In this document: piece after piece, positions 27,355-36,727 of the stretch
Position numbering within the stretch: position 1 is the stretch's first letter
How the letters are laid out: each line of letters begins with the position of its first letter
NCBI GenBank assembly: GCA_000092065.1
Contig: CP000589.1
Source of the DNA: Ostreococcus lucimarinus
Lineage: Eukaryota
DNA length: 64,000 nucleotides
Reading direction: 5' to 3' (one strand)
Made by a program: the position numbers and the translations under genes
Notes under the pieces: generated by a model
The model's database searches: none
What the model was told of the DNA's origin: nothing
Seen by the model: only the letters and a program-made list of their open reading frames with translations

Positions 27355-27463
27355 GGGAGAAGAGAAGAGTGCGTCGATCACACGAAGGAAGCGCGCGCGC
27401 GACGCGCGCTCAACCGAGGGCGGTTAAACCGCTGGTGCCGAGCGTCTCGAGCTTTTCGAACGC
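27355..27463. repeat. direct repeat copy B (109 bp), partner of 24039..24176; overlaps the genuine APX 3' end
   Basis: See copy A. Copy B contains the true APX stop (27410-27412), the last 17 codons and about 55 nt of 3' flank. Confidence 0.9.
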
Positions 27464-28477
27464 GGCGGCGAAGTCTTCGAAGAAAACCTTCTGACTCTTG
27501 GCGTAGACGTCGACGTACTTCTTGAAGTCGGCGTCTTCGATGAGCGCGATGTCGCTCGGAAGCATCATCAAGTTGCCGCTCGGGTCTTTGTATTGGAACT
27601 TTTTGGCGTCCGGATTCGGCTCCCACTTCAAGCCTTTGAGGAGGACGAAGTAGGAGTTGTTGAACAGCAACGGCGTCCCGCTCCACGGTCCGACGTAACC
27701 GGACGCGTCGGCGTGACAACGACCGAGGGCGTGGGCGCCGCTCAACGCGACGATTTCTCGATCGTCGAAACCCATGCGGTAGAAGACGTCGCGCAAGCCT
27801 TGCCTCGTCTTCGGTCCAGGGCCGTCGCCCTTGTCGGCGTCGGGCAAGCGCCCGTCGGGGGTGACCGCCTCGGGATCCATCTCGTCGACGCGACCGTACG
27901 AAAACTTCAACTTCGGCCCGCCCATCTCTTCGATCGCCACGACGCCGACGAACGCGATGAGATCGGCCCACGATACGTCCGGGTGCCGCTTCTTGATCGG
28001 CTCGAGCTTCGCGATCGCCTTATCCAGTCCCGCGTTCCCGCCGTGCGCGAGTTCCTCTTTAAACCGAATCGTCCCGCCGCCGCTCCCACCAGTCTTGCCC
28101 ATCCGGTCGTACGTCCCGGACGAGTGCCACGCGAGTCGCACGAGCGTCGGCCCGAAGTCCGCGTCGGCGCGCGTCAGCTCGACCGCGTCCCGTCGAACCG
28201 ACGCGAAGCGTTCCTCCGCCGTCGCCGCGCGCGCGGGCGCGACGTCGAACGCCGCGAAGAGCGCCGGCGCGAGCGCGATCGACGCGAGCGCGCGTCGTCG
28301 CGGCGTCGATGAATCGGATGGCGATTCGTCCGAAACGACGTTTCGGACGACCGTCGCGCGCGGACGCGGACGCGTCGCCGCGCGCGTCGCGCGAGCGCGC
28401 GTCGAAGCCGACCCGATCGCCGCGCCGAGCTTCGCGCGCGCCGTCGTCGTCGTCGTCGTCGTCGTCGTCGCGCGCAT
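27410..28477 (-). CDS. APX: class I haem peroxidase (ascorbate peroxidase-like) with chloroplast transit plus Tat-type lumenal signal
   Basis: Distal site LVRLAWHSSGTYD; proximal site IVALSGAHALGRCH; also GPWSGTPLLFNNSYF. The first ATG is at 28477 (MRATTTTTTTTTARAKLG), followed by PRRRALASIALAPALFAAFDVAPARA. The track start 28672 is GTG. Confidence 0.85.
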   Translation of the reverse strand: MRATTTTTTTTTARAKLGAAIGSASTRARATRAATRPRPRATVVRNVVSDESPSDSSTPRRRALASIALAPALFAAFDVAPARAATAEERFASVRRDAVELTRADADFGPTLVRLAWHSSGTYDRMGKTGGSGGGTIRFKEELAHGGNAGLDKAIAKLEPIKKRHPDVSWADLIAFVGVVAIEEMGGPKLKFSYGRVDEMDPEAVTPDGRLPDADKGDGPGPKTRQGLRDVFYRMGFDDREIVALSGAHALGRCHADASGYVGPWSGTPLLFNNSYFVLLKGLKWEPNPDAKKFQYKDPSGNLMMLPSDIALIEDADFKKYVDVYAKSQKVFFEDFAAAFEKLETLGTSGLTALG

Positions 28478-28534
28478 GATTAAAACGTGCGAAAAAGTGC
28501 GGTTGTGTCGTAACCGTCCGCCGAATTCCGCAGA
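28478..28534. promoter_or_regulatory. 57-bp spacer between divergent ATGs (APX and metallophosphoesterase)
   Basis: ATG at 28477 (-) and ATG at 28535 (+). Shared promoter function is inferred from the arrangement only. An alternative + start lies at 28622. Confidence 0.35.
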
Positions 28535-29701
28535 ATGTCGCGCACCGCGCGCGCGCCATCGACGCGCGTCGCGCGCGTCCCGACGACGAGAGCGTCGACA
28601 TCGCGCGCGCGCGCGTCGGCGATGCGCGACGTCGCGGGCGTGTACGCCGTCAGTGACGTGCACGTCGATCACGAGAAAAACGCCGCGTGGGTGCGCGCAC
28701 TTCGACGTCGCGATGACGTGGACGTCGCGTGCGTGTGCGGAGACGTGAGCGACGATTTAGACGCGCTCGAGGAGACGCTCGAGGGATTCAAGCGCGCGGC
28801 GTTCGCGGAGGTGTTTTATACGTTCGGAAACCACGAGCTGTGGTTGGGCGAAGCCGACGAGACGCGCGGGACGAAGGATTCCAAGGCGAAGATCGAAGAA
28901 GTGTTCGCGATGTGCGCGAGAATAGGGGTGCGGACGTCGCCGATGAAGGTTTGCGATGGGCTTTGGATCGCACCGGTGCACTCGTACCATCATAAGGCGT
29001 TCGACACCGAGCCCGAGGTCGCAGAAGCGGTGCCGCCGGTGGAGCGCGTCATGAACGATTTTCGGTTCTCGAAGTGGCCCGATGGGATGGACGATCGCGA
29101 TTCCGACGACGTCGCGCGATATTGCGATTCACTGAACGATGGCGCGGCGTGGGAGACGTTCTTGCGATCGATCGAGCGGGGCGATAGGGTCGTTAGCTTC
29201 TCCCACTTTCTTCCTCGACTCGAGCTGTTGCCGGAGAAACGCATGCTTTTTTATCCGAAACTCGCGCAAGCGAGCGGTTCGGTTCATCTGCGCAAACGCG
29301 TGGAAGAAATTAAGTCACGCATTAACGATGGTGATATGACGCACGTGTTTGGGCACACGCATTTCGGTTGGAATACGCAAATCGACGGAGTCAGATACGT
29401 CCAGGCGTCGTTGGCGACACCGAAGGAGTGGCAAAAACGCCCGCGTAGTTTAATCATAGGCAACTGGACGAACGCACAACCCGAACCTATGTGCGTATAC
29501 ACGAAAGCGCGTTCGCTGGGGGTCGTCGACGACGCGAAGGCGATGTGGAGCGAGTATTACGCGAAGAATCGTAGAACGCCGGAAGACGTCGAATTGGCGC
29601 CGCACGCGCGCGAGTTCGTTCAAAGGCGCTGGGGCGATCGTCGATTAGAGTCGAACGGCGCTGATGCGCCGTTACCAGGCGCGACGGGTCGGGTCAAGTA
29701 G
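28535..29701 (+). CDS. calcineurin-like metallophosphoesterase
   Basis: Motifs in order: VYAVSDVHVDHE, VCGDVSDD, TFGNHELW, SFSHFLP, VFGHTHFGW. Confidence 0.75.
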   Translation: MSRTARAPSTRVARVPTTRASTSRARASAMRDVAGVYAVSDVHVDHEKNAAWVRALRRRDDVDVACVCGDVSDDLDALEETLEGFKRAAFAEVFYTFGNHELWLGEADETRGTKDSKAKIEEVFAMCARIGVRTSPMKVCDGLWIAPVHSYHHKAFDTEPEVAEAVPPVERVMNDFRFSKWPDGMDDRDSDDVARYCDSLNDGAAWETFLRSIERGDRVVSFSHFLPRLELLPEKRMLFYPKLAQASGSVHLRKRVEEIKSRINDGDMTHVFGHTHFGWNTQIDGVRYVQASLATPKEWQKRPRSLIIGNWTNAQPEPMCVYTKARSLGVVDDAKAMWSEYYAKNRRTPEDVELAPHAREFVQRRWGDRRLESNGADAPLPGATGRVK

Positions 29702-29806
29702 TTTAGCATATAGCATATAGCGTTGGATGATATTTATACGTGATGTCGGTCTCGAAAATGAACAAGACGTGAAATAATGGGCGGTGGTTGGTGCTTTGGA
29801 GGGATT

Positions 29807-30556
29807 TTACGCTACGACGCGCGCCTCGCCGCCTAACAATCGTCGATGGTTGAGAACGATGTGTAGGAAATACCCAGCGAGCACGAGATTGAGCGCAGTA
29901 CACAGCGTTTGCACGCTGCGCGTCTTAAACGTCATCACAAACATCCAAAACGCGGGAATCGACGCCGCGAGCTTCTTGTCGAGCGTGTGCACGGTGTCCA
30001 TGTCGTGAAAATACAGCAACATCACCCCAAGCAGCGCGGTCGTCAAGTACACGCCCCCACTTCCCGTTTCTTCCTTGCCTTTTGAAAACTTTCCCTGTGC
30101 AAAATTCGCCGCCCGTTCGCGCTTGAGCTCGTCGCGAGTCGCGTTCAACTGCTCCCTCAACCGTTCCCGAATCTGTTCCTCTTCCTTTAATTTCGCGCAC
30201 GCCGCGATGAATTTCTCTCGTTCGATCTCCGACATCTTTCGAAACGCCTCAATCTTCTCGCTCGACGACCGCGAATACTCGCGAAATATCTCGCCGTCGT
30301 CTTTGATTTCCGCCGCGCACGCCGCCGCCAGGCTCGGCTTCAACGCCAGCGCGTACAACCCGCGCAACAGCGCCCGCACGTCCGTGCCGCGAGACATCGT
30401 CAATTCGCGCAGCATCGCGCTCGCGAGCTGCATCGGCAGCGCCGCGAACGCCGCCGCGTGCGCGACGACGCCGAGCGGAAGGACGAACAATGCCAGCGTA
30501 ATCGTTGTGCTCAGCTCTTTCGCGCGTCCGAGCGCGCGCGTCGCCGCGTCCGTCAT
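29807..30556 (-). CDS. hypothetical membrane protein with central coiled coil
   Basis: ATG at 30556. Hydrophobic N- and C-terminal segments (ITLALFVLPLGVVAHAAAFAAL; VYLTTALLGVMLLYF; IPAFWMFVMTF) flank a K/E/R-rich helix. Confidence 0.55.
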   Translation of the reverse strand: MTDAATRALGRAKELSTTITLALFVLPLGVVAHAAAFAALPMQLASAMLRELTMSRGTDVRALLRGLYALALKPSLAAACAAEIKDDGEIFREYSRSSSEKIEAFRKMSEIEREKFIAACAKLKEEEQIRERLREQLNATRDELKRERAANFAQGKFSKGKEETGSGGVYLTTALLGVMLLYFHDMDTVHTLDKKLAASIPAFWMFVMTFKTRSVQTLCTALNLVLAGYFLHIVLNHRRLLGGEARVVA

Positions 30557-30726
30557 CGTTCGAGCGCGCTCGATTCGTGCGATCGGTGTCCTTCGTCCTT
30601 CGCGCGCGTCTCGGCGCCCGTTCGCGGCGCGCGACGCGCGTCGGGCGTCGACGCGCGTCGACGAGTAGCGCGACGGTTCAACGAGATCTGCATTCCCACG
30701 CGCGCGGGCGTCGCGGACGAGCGACG

Positions 30727-32070
30727 ATGGCGCGCGATGACGCGGGGCGGCGCAAAAGCGAGTCCACGTCCGATCGCGCGGGCGCGCTGGACGTCGGCGC
30801 GCGCGTGTGGGCGAAGGCGTCGTTCGATGAAAAACGACGGCTCGGGGAAATCGTCGACGTGCGTCGCGAGGACGGCGTCGCGGTGGCGTATTACGTGCAC
30901 TATAGCGAGTTGAATAAACGCCTGGACGCGTGGGTGCCAGTGGAGGACGTGGAGACGCGTAAGGAGGGCGAGGGCGAGGGTAAGGGCGAGGGCGGCGACG
31001 GTCGAGGCGGCGACGGCGACGGCGGCGGCGCGGGGAGCGCCGACGACGCGCTTGGGGCGCACGGTAGAGTGAACGGGAAGCAGCCGAAGACGTTGACGCG
31101 GAATTCTAAGCGGAGATATAATGAGATACACAACGTGGACGCGCCGGTGGAGGATTTGCCGCCCATGGATCAAATGTTTGAGCGCATGCACGAGGAGAAA
31201 ACAAAGGTGAAGAACGTGCACTCGATCGAGCTCGGGCGGCACGAGATGGACACGTGGTATTATTCTCCGTATCCGGATGACTTCGGAAAGTGTTCCAAGC
31301 TGTACTTGTGTCAGTATTGTTTCAAGTATATGCGAAAGGCGAAGACGTGCGTGCGGCACAAGGCGGAGTGCGAGATGAAGCATCCGCCGGGAAAGCGGGT
31401 TTATCGACATCCACAGGGCGAGGGCGAACCGTTGTTGAGCTTTTGGGAAATCGATGGCGCGCACTTCAAAATGTACTGCCAGAATTTGTGTTTGATGGCG
31501 AAACTATTCTTGGACCATAAGACGCTGTACTTTGATGTCGAACCGTTTATGTTTTACGTGCTCACTGAGTCAATGGATGGAGACGAAACGCACGATATCG
31601 TGGGTTACTTTAGCAAAGAAAAGGTTTCAGTGGACGATTACAACTTGGCGTGTATTTTGACGCTGCCGGCGTATCAACGCAAGGGATATGGCTCATTCTT
31701 AATATCGATGAGCTACGAGCTGAGTCGACGCCAAGGCGTGTACGGCACCCCCGAACGGCCGCTGTCTGATCTCGGACAAGTGAGTTATAGAAGCTATTGG
31801 AGTCGAGTCGTTTTGGACGTGCTCCACAAGCACAGAGGAAACCTCAGCGTGAAGGATCTGAGCTCGATGTTGATGTTTCGCGAGGCAGACATTGTCAGCG
31901 CGTTGCAGTCGCTCAATCTGGTCAAATACTGGAAAGGCCAGCACATCATCTCTTCTTCGCCAAAAATTGTGGAAGAACACTTGAGTAGTTTTGAAAAGAA
32001 ATCCGCTATAGCGGGTACGAGGCTCGAATTCAACCCGGAGTACTTGAATTGGACGGCGCCGCCGATGTAG
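30727..32070 (+). CDS. MYST-family histone acetyltransferase (Esa1/HAM/Tip60-type) with chromo-barrel
   Basis: Chromo-barrel: VGARVWAKASFDEKRRLGEIVDVRR..YYVHYSELNKRLDAWVP. MYST core: LYLCQYCFKYMRKAKTCVRHKAEC, FLDHKTLYFDVEPFMFYVL, ILTLPAYQRKGYGSFLISMSYELS. The in-frame ATG is at 30727. Confidence 0.9.
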   Translation: MARDDAGRRKSESTSDRAGALDVGARVWAKASFDEKRRLGEIVDVRREDGVAVAYYVHYSELNKRLDAWVPVEDVETRKEGEGEGKGEGGDGRGGDGDGGGAGSADDALGAHGRVNGKQPKTLTRNSKRRYNEIHNVDAPVEDLPPMDQMFERMHEEKTKVKNVHSIELGRHEMDTWYYSPYPDDFGKCSKLYLCQYCFKYMRKAKTCVRHKAECEMKHPPGKRVYRHPQGEGEPLLSFWEIDGAHFKMYCQNLCLMAKLFLDHKTLYFDVEPFMFYVLTESMDGDETHDIVGYFSKEKVSVDDYNLACILTLPAYQRKGYGSFLISMSYELSRRQGVYGTPERPLSDLGQVSYRSYWSRVVLDVLHKHRGNLSVKDLSSMLMFREADIVSALQSLNLVKYWKGQHIISSSPKIVEEHLSSFEKKSAIAGTRLEFNPEYLNWTAPPM

Positions 32071-32199
32071 CTTTTAAAAACAATACCGTGAAATGTGAGT
32101 TACAAAGACGAAATGCATTAATACAGAAAGAATTATTTTAGAATACTGCCAGACGCCAGACAAAGCACCGAGTGGTGTGCAGTGGGAACGAGAAGACAT

Positions 32200-33510
32200 C
32201 TACGATGAAATCTCGACCCGTCCCTGTCGTTGCAAGCGCCGAATGGCGCCATTTGAGACCACTGATCGAACGGCTTTGGTCGCCGACGCGGCGACCGCGG
32301 GAAGTGTGAGTGAGGATGGAGACACTCGAAGTCCGATTTTCAACGGCGACGAGTCCTCAACCGACTTCGCGCGCGTCAACTTGGCACCTCTCGGCATTGG
32401 TAGTTTCCATCTCGTGCGTAAAAGTTGCGCCTCGACGCCTTTGGCGATACTTTTTGTGACGCTATTTTGTGCATCGAGAGCTAACGACAGCGCCGACCTC
32501 CCGGTCTCCACGAGAAATCCTCCGAACGAAAGCACTTCGCGAACGATGGGGACGTTTTCGGAAGTTCCCGCCACGACGCCCGATCCCCACGTCACGAATC
32601 GTTTAGCCGGAACAAATGGCATGAAGCGAGTGCCCATGCCGAACATGAGCGTCGCGCTGGCGAATCGCCCCGCCTTGTTCCAATTTTCTACGTTCTCGAC
32701 GTCCGTCAAAGCCTTGGTTAACCACAGGTGATGCTCCCAAATTCGTCCCTTATTCTCCTCTAGTCTCTTCATGATGCCGTGCTTCACAAACTTACTGCTC
32801 ACCGCGGTTTCTCGCGTCAAGTAGTAGCACAAGTCGTTGAGGTAATGCCGGCAATCGTTCACGTGTAACTCGTACACCATGTCGCGAGCGTCGTTGAAAC
32901 CGCGAATATCGTCGAGCGACAAGTGTGTCGTCCCCACGAGATATGCTCCATCGGGTAACGAACGCACTTTGTGATCTCTAATCTCCCCCTGTACGCACGA
33001 CGACTTCCTTCGCGCTCTGTGCCTGCCCACGCGACCTCTCGTCATCGCGTACACCGTTTCCCGCGCGCCTTGTTCGCTCGATCTCAGCGTCTTCCCGCCC
33101 GCCAGCGCCAACCAACGATCGTGCACGTCTCCACCCACCGGTCCGAAATCAAACTGTCGCATCTCACCCGTTTTCAAATCTCTGTACACCAGCATGAAGT
33201 GCGCCACGCCCGCTGTCAACAGCGCCTCTCTCGCGCCTCGCGGCAACGCCGAGAATATCCCCTTCCCCCACTCTTGAAACGGTCGACTCACGCAGTACAC
33301 CTCCGCCTCCTTCGTCCCCGAGCGTTCGCGCGCTTCGAGTTCGTCATCGATCGCCTTATCTTTCTCGCTCGCGAATCCCAACCGCCGCGCCGTCGGTCGT
33401 CGTCGGTCGTCGCTCTTTCCCGAGAGACCCGCGCTCGTCGCGACTTTCCCTCGCCTCGCGCCGGGGAACAGCGGTTCGCGCGTCTCGCGCGTCGGCGACG
33501 CGTGCGTCAT
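32200..33510 (-). CDS. hypothetical protein with possible PPPDE/DeSI-like thiol-peptidase core
   Basis: The first ATG is at 33510 (the track start is GTG). His-region GVAHFMLVYRDLKTGEMRQFDFGP and Cys-region VYELHVNDCRHYLNDLCYYLT resemble the PPPDE H...C arrangement. This is unverified. Confidence 0.5.
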   Translation of the reverse strand: MTHASPTRETREPLFPGARRGKVATSAGLSGKSDDRRRPTARRLGFASEKDKAIDDELEARERSGTKEAEVYCVSRPFQEWGKGIFSALPRGAREALLTAGVAHFMLVYRDLKTGEMRQFDFGPVGGDVHDRWLALAGGKTLRSSEQGARETVYAMTRGRVGRHRARRKSSCVQGEIRDHKVRSLPDGAYLVGTTHLSLDDIRGFNDARDMVYELHVNDCRHYLNDLCYYLTRETAVSSKFVKHGIMKRLEENKGRIWEHHLWLTKALTDVENVENWNKAGRFASATLMFGMGTRFMPFVPAKRFVTWGSGVVAGTSENVPIVREVLSFGGFLVETGRSALSLALDAQNSVTKSIAKGVEAQLLRTRWKLPMPRGAKLTRAKSVEDSSPLKIGLRVSPSSLTLPAVAASATKAVRSVVSNGAIRRLQRQGRVEISS

Positions 33511-33836
33511 GATCGTCGCCTTCCCCGCGCCGGTTTCGCGCGCGGTCGCTCGCGCGTCGTCTCGCGCGCGCGCGCAAGATGCGTTGCGTCGGCTCGATCG
33601 ATCGCTTTCTGCGTCCAGGTCAACGCGCGTCGCGCCTCGGCGTCGCGGTCTTCGCCGCGCGCGCGCGCGGTCTTCGCCGCGCGCGGTCTTCGCCGCCGTC
33701 GCCTCGCCGCGCGTCCGTCGCCGCGCGTCGCGGTCTGCGACGCGCGCGTCGAAAGTTCTCGATGCGCCGCGACTCGTGGCTACGGTGCGATCTAAAATGA
33801 TTATTGATACACTATTGATTCCTAAAGCACAACGTA

Positions 33837-34469
33837 TCACGTCGCCGCGCGTTCGCGGCGGCGACGGTCGACGAGCGCGCGCGCGTCCTCGACGAGCGCG
33901 AAAGCGTCCGATGCGAATGCTTCCAACACCCGGTTCCGTCTGGCGGCTTCGTTCGCCTCTTCGGCGAGGGCGGCGCCTTCGGCCGCGTACTGTCTCAACA
34001 ACCCGTCCGCGTCGTCGCAGCGCCGCCTCAACAGCGCCTCCTCCGTGATCCGCGACGCGTCCTCGCCGCCGACTGGCGTCTCTACGGATTCCTCGCGCGC
34101 GCGCGGGGCGACCGCGCGCTCGAGCGAGCGCAACGCGTCGTCGCGTTCGCGCTCCGCGACGCGCGCTCGCTCTCCGAGCCGTCTCGTCTCAGCCTCGAAA
34201 GCCGCTCGAATCCCCGCCGTCGCGTCGGTGTTCGACGTCGACGTCGACGTCGTCGCGCGTTCGACGCGCGCGCGCAGCTCATCGATCGTTCGCGCGTCCT
34301 CCTCCGACTTTCGCTCGACTTGCTCGAGTCTCGATTTCATCGCGCCTAATTCTGCAGTCGCCGTTTCCGCGTACGCCATCGCCGCCGCCGTCGCGCGTCG
34401 CAGCGCACCGCGCAGACGCGCTATTTCTTCGTCTTTATCGTCGTCGCCGCGCGCCATCGCGCCCGCCAT
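33837..34469 (-). CDS. hypothetical coiled-coil protein
   Basis: Start chosen at ATG 34469 (MAGAMARGDDDKDEEIARLRG), because the upstream ATG 34697 would overlap the divergent neighbour. The sequence is heptad-like and E/R/A-rich. Confidence 0.45.
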   Translation of the reverse strand: MAGAMARGDDDKDEEIARLRGALRRATAAAMAYAETATAELGAMKSRLEQVERKSEEDARTIDELRARVERATTSTSTSNTDATAGIRAAFEAETRRLGERARVAERERDDALRSLERAVAPRAREESVETPVGGEDASRITEEALLRRRCDDADGLLRQYAAEGAALAEEANEAARRNRVLEAFASDAFALVEDARALVDRRRRERAAT

Positions 34470-34676
34470 CGCGCGTCGGTGTGCGGATAGAATTTTCGCG
34501 CCAAAAGCGTTGACATCTTCGCGGTGAACACGCGTCACATCGCGAACGAGATGCCGGGCGGTGCGGAGGACGCCGCGTGCGCCGCGACGCGCGTGCGCGG
34601 TGAACTTAACGCCTCGTGGCCGCGCGGAAGAACGCCCGCGAGCGGGTCGACGCCGCTCGTCGCGCTCGCGAAGAAT

Positions 34677-35975
34677 ATGTCCTCGGTGCTTCAACATTTT
34701 GAAGCGGTGAAGACGACGGATGCCGACGACGAGACGACGCAGGTGGCTTCGCTGCGCGCGTTTAGCGAGCGAGAGGTCGTGGTGGATGTGTACGATCGAT
34801 CGGGCGGGGCGACGCGAGCGGTGCGTGAGAAGTTGGGCGCGGTGGGCGGGACGCGGGTGCGGGAAGCCAGAGACGCGAGCGGCGACGGCGACGTCGGGTT
34901 GGTCGTCGTCGACGGGCAGGAAGAAGAGAGTTTCGAAGCGATCGGCAAAATTTTGAAGCAGTCAGGCGTGGCGTCGACGCGAGTGATCGTGCTCGTGTAT
35001 GGGGCGGCGGTGGGGACATTGGAGGAGGCGCGAGCGCGAGCGGCGCGAGAGACGCGAGCGCCGATTGAAAACGTCTTTGCGACGTTTGGGATTTTAGACG
35101 AGTCGACGAGCGAGCGGTTGGATTCGTTGTTGAAGAATCCTCCGCTAAGATCGACGTTGGAGACGTCCGCTGAAGTGAGAGTGTCTGTGCCAGAACCGGT
35201 GTCGGCGTTCGCCTTGGACGACGAAGACGAAGACGAAGACGAAGGTTTGACTTCGATCGCGTTGTCGGACGCGAAGGTCGAGCGTGAAGAATGGGAAACG
35301 ATCGTTCGTGAACACGCGGAGCGATGCTTCGAAGATGCCGTCGACGCCACTATGGAGCAGACGCGACAGTTTTGCTTGCGACGCGCGGAAAAGTTGGCTT
35401 TGCAGTACGAACCGCTGCGTAGTTCTTTATATCAACGGATTAGAGGCGAGCGTTCGAAGACAAAAATCGTGGAGCCGTCGATACAGGCTCGCGTGGCGCC
35501 GCCATCGCAATACGTCGAAGAAATGACGACGACACGTCCGTATAAATTGAATTCCGCGGCGTCGCAACCACTCGGTATCGATATGATCAAGCTTCAATCA
35601 GTGGCGATTTCTGGTGTCGAGCAAGGCGCCGTCGTTGCGTCGCAGGCGGCTGAAAAGGTTGGCTCGTTCCTCAACTGGATCGTAAGCGAGAATGAAGAGA
35701 GCGAGGACGAGCGTAGACGACGAGTTGAGCACGAGCGCGTCTGGCACGAAAGGCGCCAAAAGTTGTGGGATGCCGAGCGCGCGCAACGTGTGGAGACGCA
35801 AAACCGAGGCAAACACTCACCGACGGCGTCCTTCGTCGAAACGACGTCCAAGCTCGTAGACATCATAGACGGTTCGCTTGGCGGCGAATCTCAGCTCGAT
35901 CAAGCCAACGCGAGGATTCGCGCGCTCGAGGCTGCCCTCGCGCGATACGACCCGTCGCACGAGCTGTTGCGCTAA
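34677..35975 (+). CDS. hypothetical protein (432 aa), family not recognised
   Basis: ATG at 34677 (MSSVLQHFEAVKTTD); the track start 34524 is upstream and non-ATG. Non-repetitive sequence with an acidic stretch and a C-terminal coiled coil. Confidence 0.55.
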   Translation: MSSVLQHFEAVKTTDADDETTQVASLRAFSEREVVVDVYDRSGGATRAVREKLGAVGGTRVREARDASGDGDVGLVVVDGQEEESFEAIGKILKQSGVASTRVIVLVYGAAVGTLEEARARAARETRAPIENVFATFGILDESTSERLDSLLKNPPLRSTLETSAEVRVSVPEPVSAFALDDEDEDEDEGLTSIALSDAKVEREEWETIVREHAERCFEDAVDATMEQTRQFCLRRAEKLALQYEPLRSSLYQRIRGERSKTKIVEPSIQARVAPPSQYVEEMTTTRPYKLNSAASQPLGIDMIKLQSVAISGVEQGAVVASQAAEKVGSFLNWIVSENEESEDERRRRVEHERVWHERRQKLWDAERAQRVETQNRGKHSPTASFVETTSKLVDIIDGSLGGESQLDQANARIRALEAALARYDPSHELLR

Positions 35976-36011
35976 ACTAGTATTTGTATTTAACATCCGC
36001 CCGCTTTGCTA

Positions 36012-36683
36012 CTACGTGTCGTCATCCATCAACGCCCGCACCGCCTTCAACTCGCTCAACAACACGCGAAACTTCTCCTCACTCATCTCCATATCCAAGC
36101 GTCCATCATCTACCGTATCCAACGTCAATCGCACCCCCAAGCTGTCTCCCGGCGCTCGATTCTCGTCATCGCCGTCGCTGCTTCCAAACGTCACTCCCCA
36201 CCCTAAATCCCTCAGCCCATTCACTCGCACCGTGGCTCCGAGCGCGGCTCGCCGTAACCCATCTCTGTCTTTCCCATACGACTTACACATCGCCTCGGCG
36301 TGCTCTTTCGGCAATCCAAGCTGCTCGAGCTCCCGACCCAGCGTCGTTTCGTCGACGTCGAAGCGCGTGGCGTTCGCGATCGCGTATTCCAACGCTGCCA
36401 CCACCGCTTCCGCGTCCTCGGGCGTGATGGCGTCGTCGACAACTTTGCGGAACTTGGAGTAATCGACCTGCACGCGCGGCGTCTCCGCGGGTGCCGTCGC
36501 GTCGTTGTCGTCGGTCGATTTCAATGTCCCGAACGGTTGCGCATTCGACGCCGCTGACGCGCGAACGGCGACCAAGTGCGAGCACAACAGGCGGACGCGC
36601 ACGCTGGAAAGCTTGGAGACGGTGAAGATCTCGGCGAGGAACCAATCTGGGGCGTCGCGGTCGCCGAAGATTTTAAACTTCAT
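36012..36683 (-). CDS. COMMD4: COMM domain-containing protein 4
   Basis: The N-terminus MKFKIFGDRDAPDWFLAEIFTVSKLSSVRVRLLCSHL and the later LGLPKEHAEAMCKSYGK and EKFRVLLSELKAVRALM are collinear with animal COMMD4. Confidence 0.85.
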   Translation of the reverse strand: MKFKIFGDRDAPDWFLAEIFTVSKLSSVRVRLLCSHLVAVRASAASNAQPFGTLKSTDDNDATAPAETPRVQVDYSKFRKVVDDAITPEDAEAVVAALEYAIANATRFDVDETTLGRELEQLGLPKEHAEAMCKSYGKDRDGLRRAALGATVRVNGLRDLGWGVTFGSSDGDDENRAPGDSLGVRLTLDTVDDGRLDMEMSEEKFRVLLSELKAVRALMDDDT

Positions 36684-36727
36684 CGCGCCGACGAATGCGG
36701 GCGAGCGACGCGACGTTCACTACAAAG

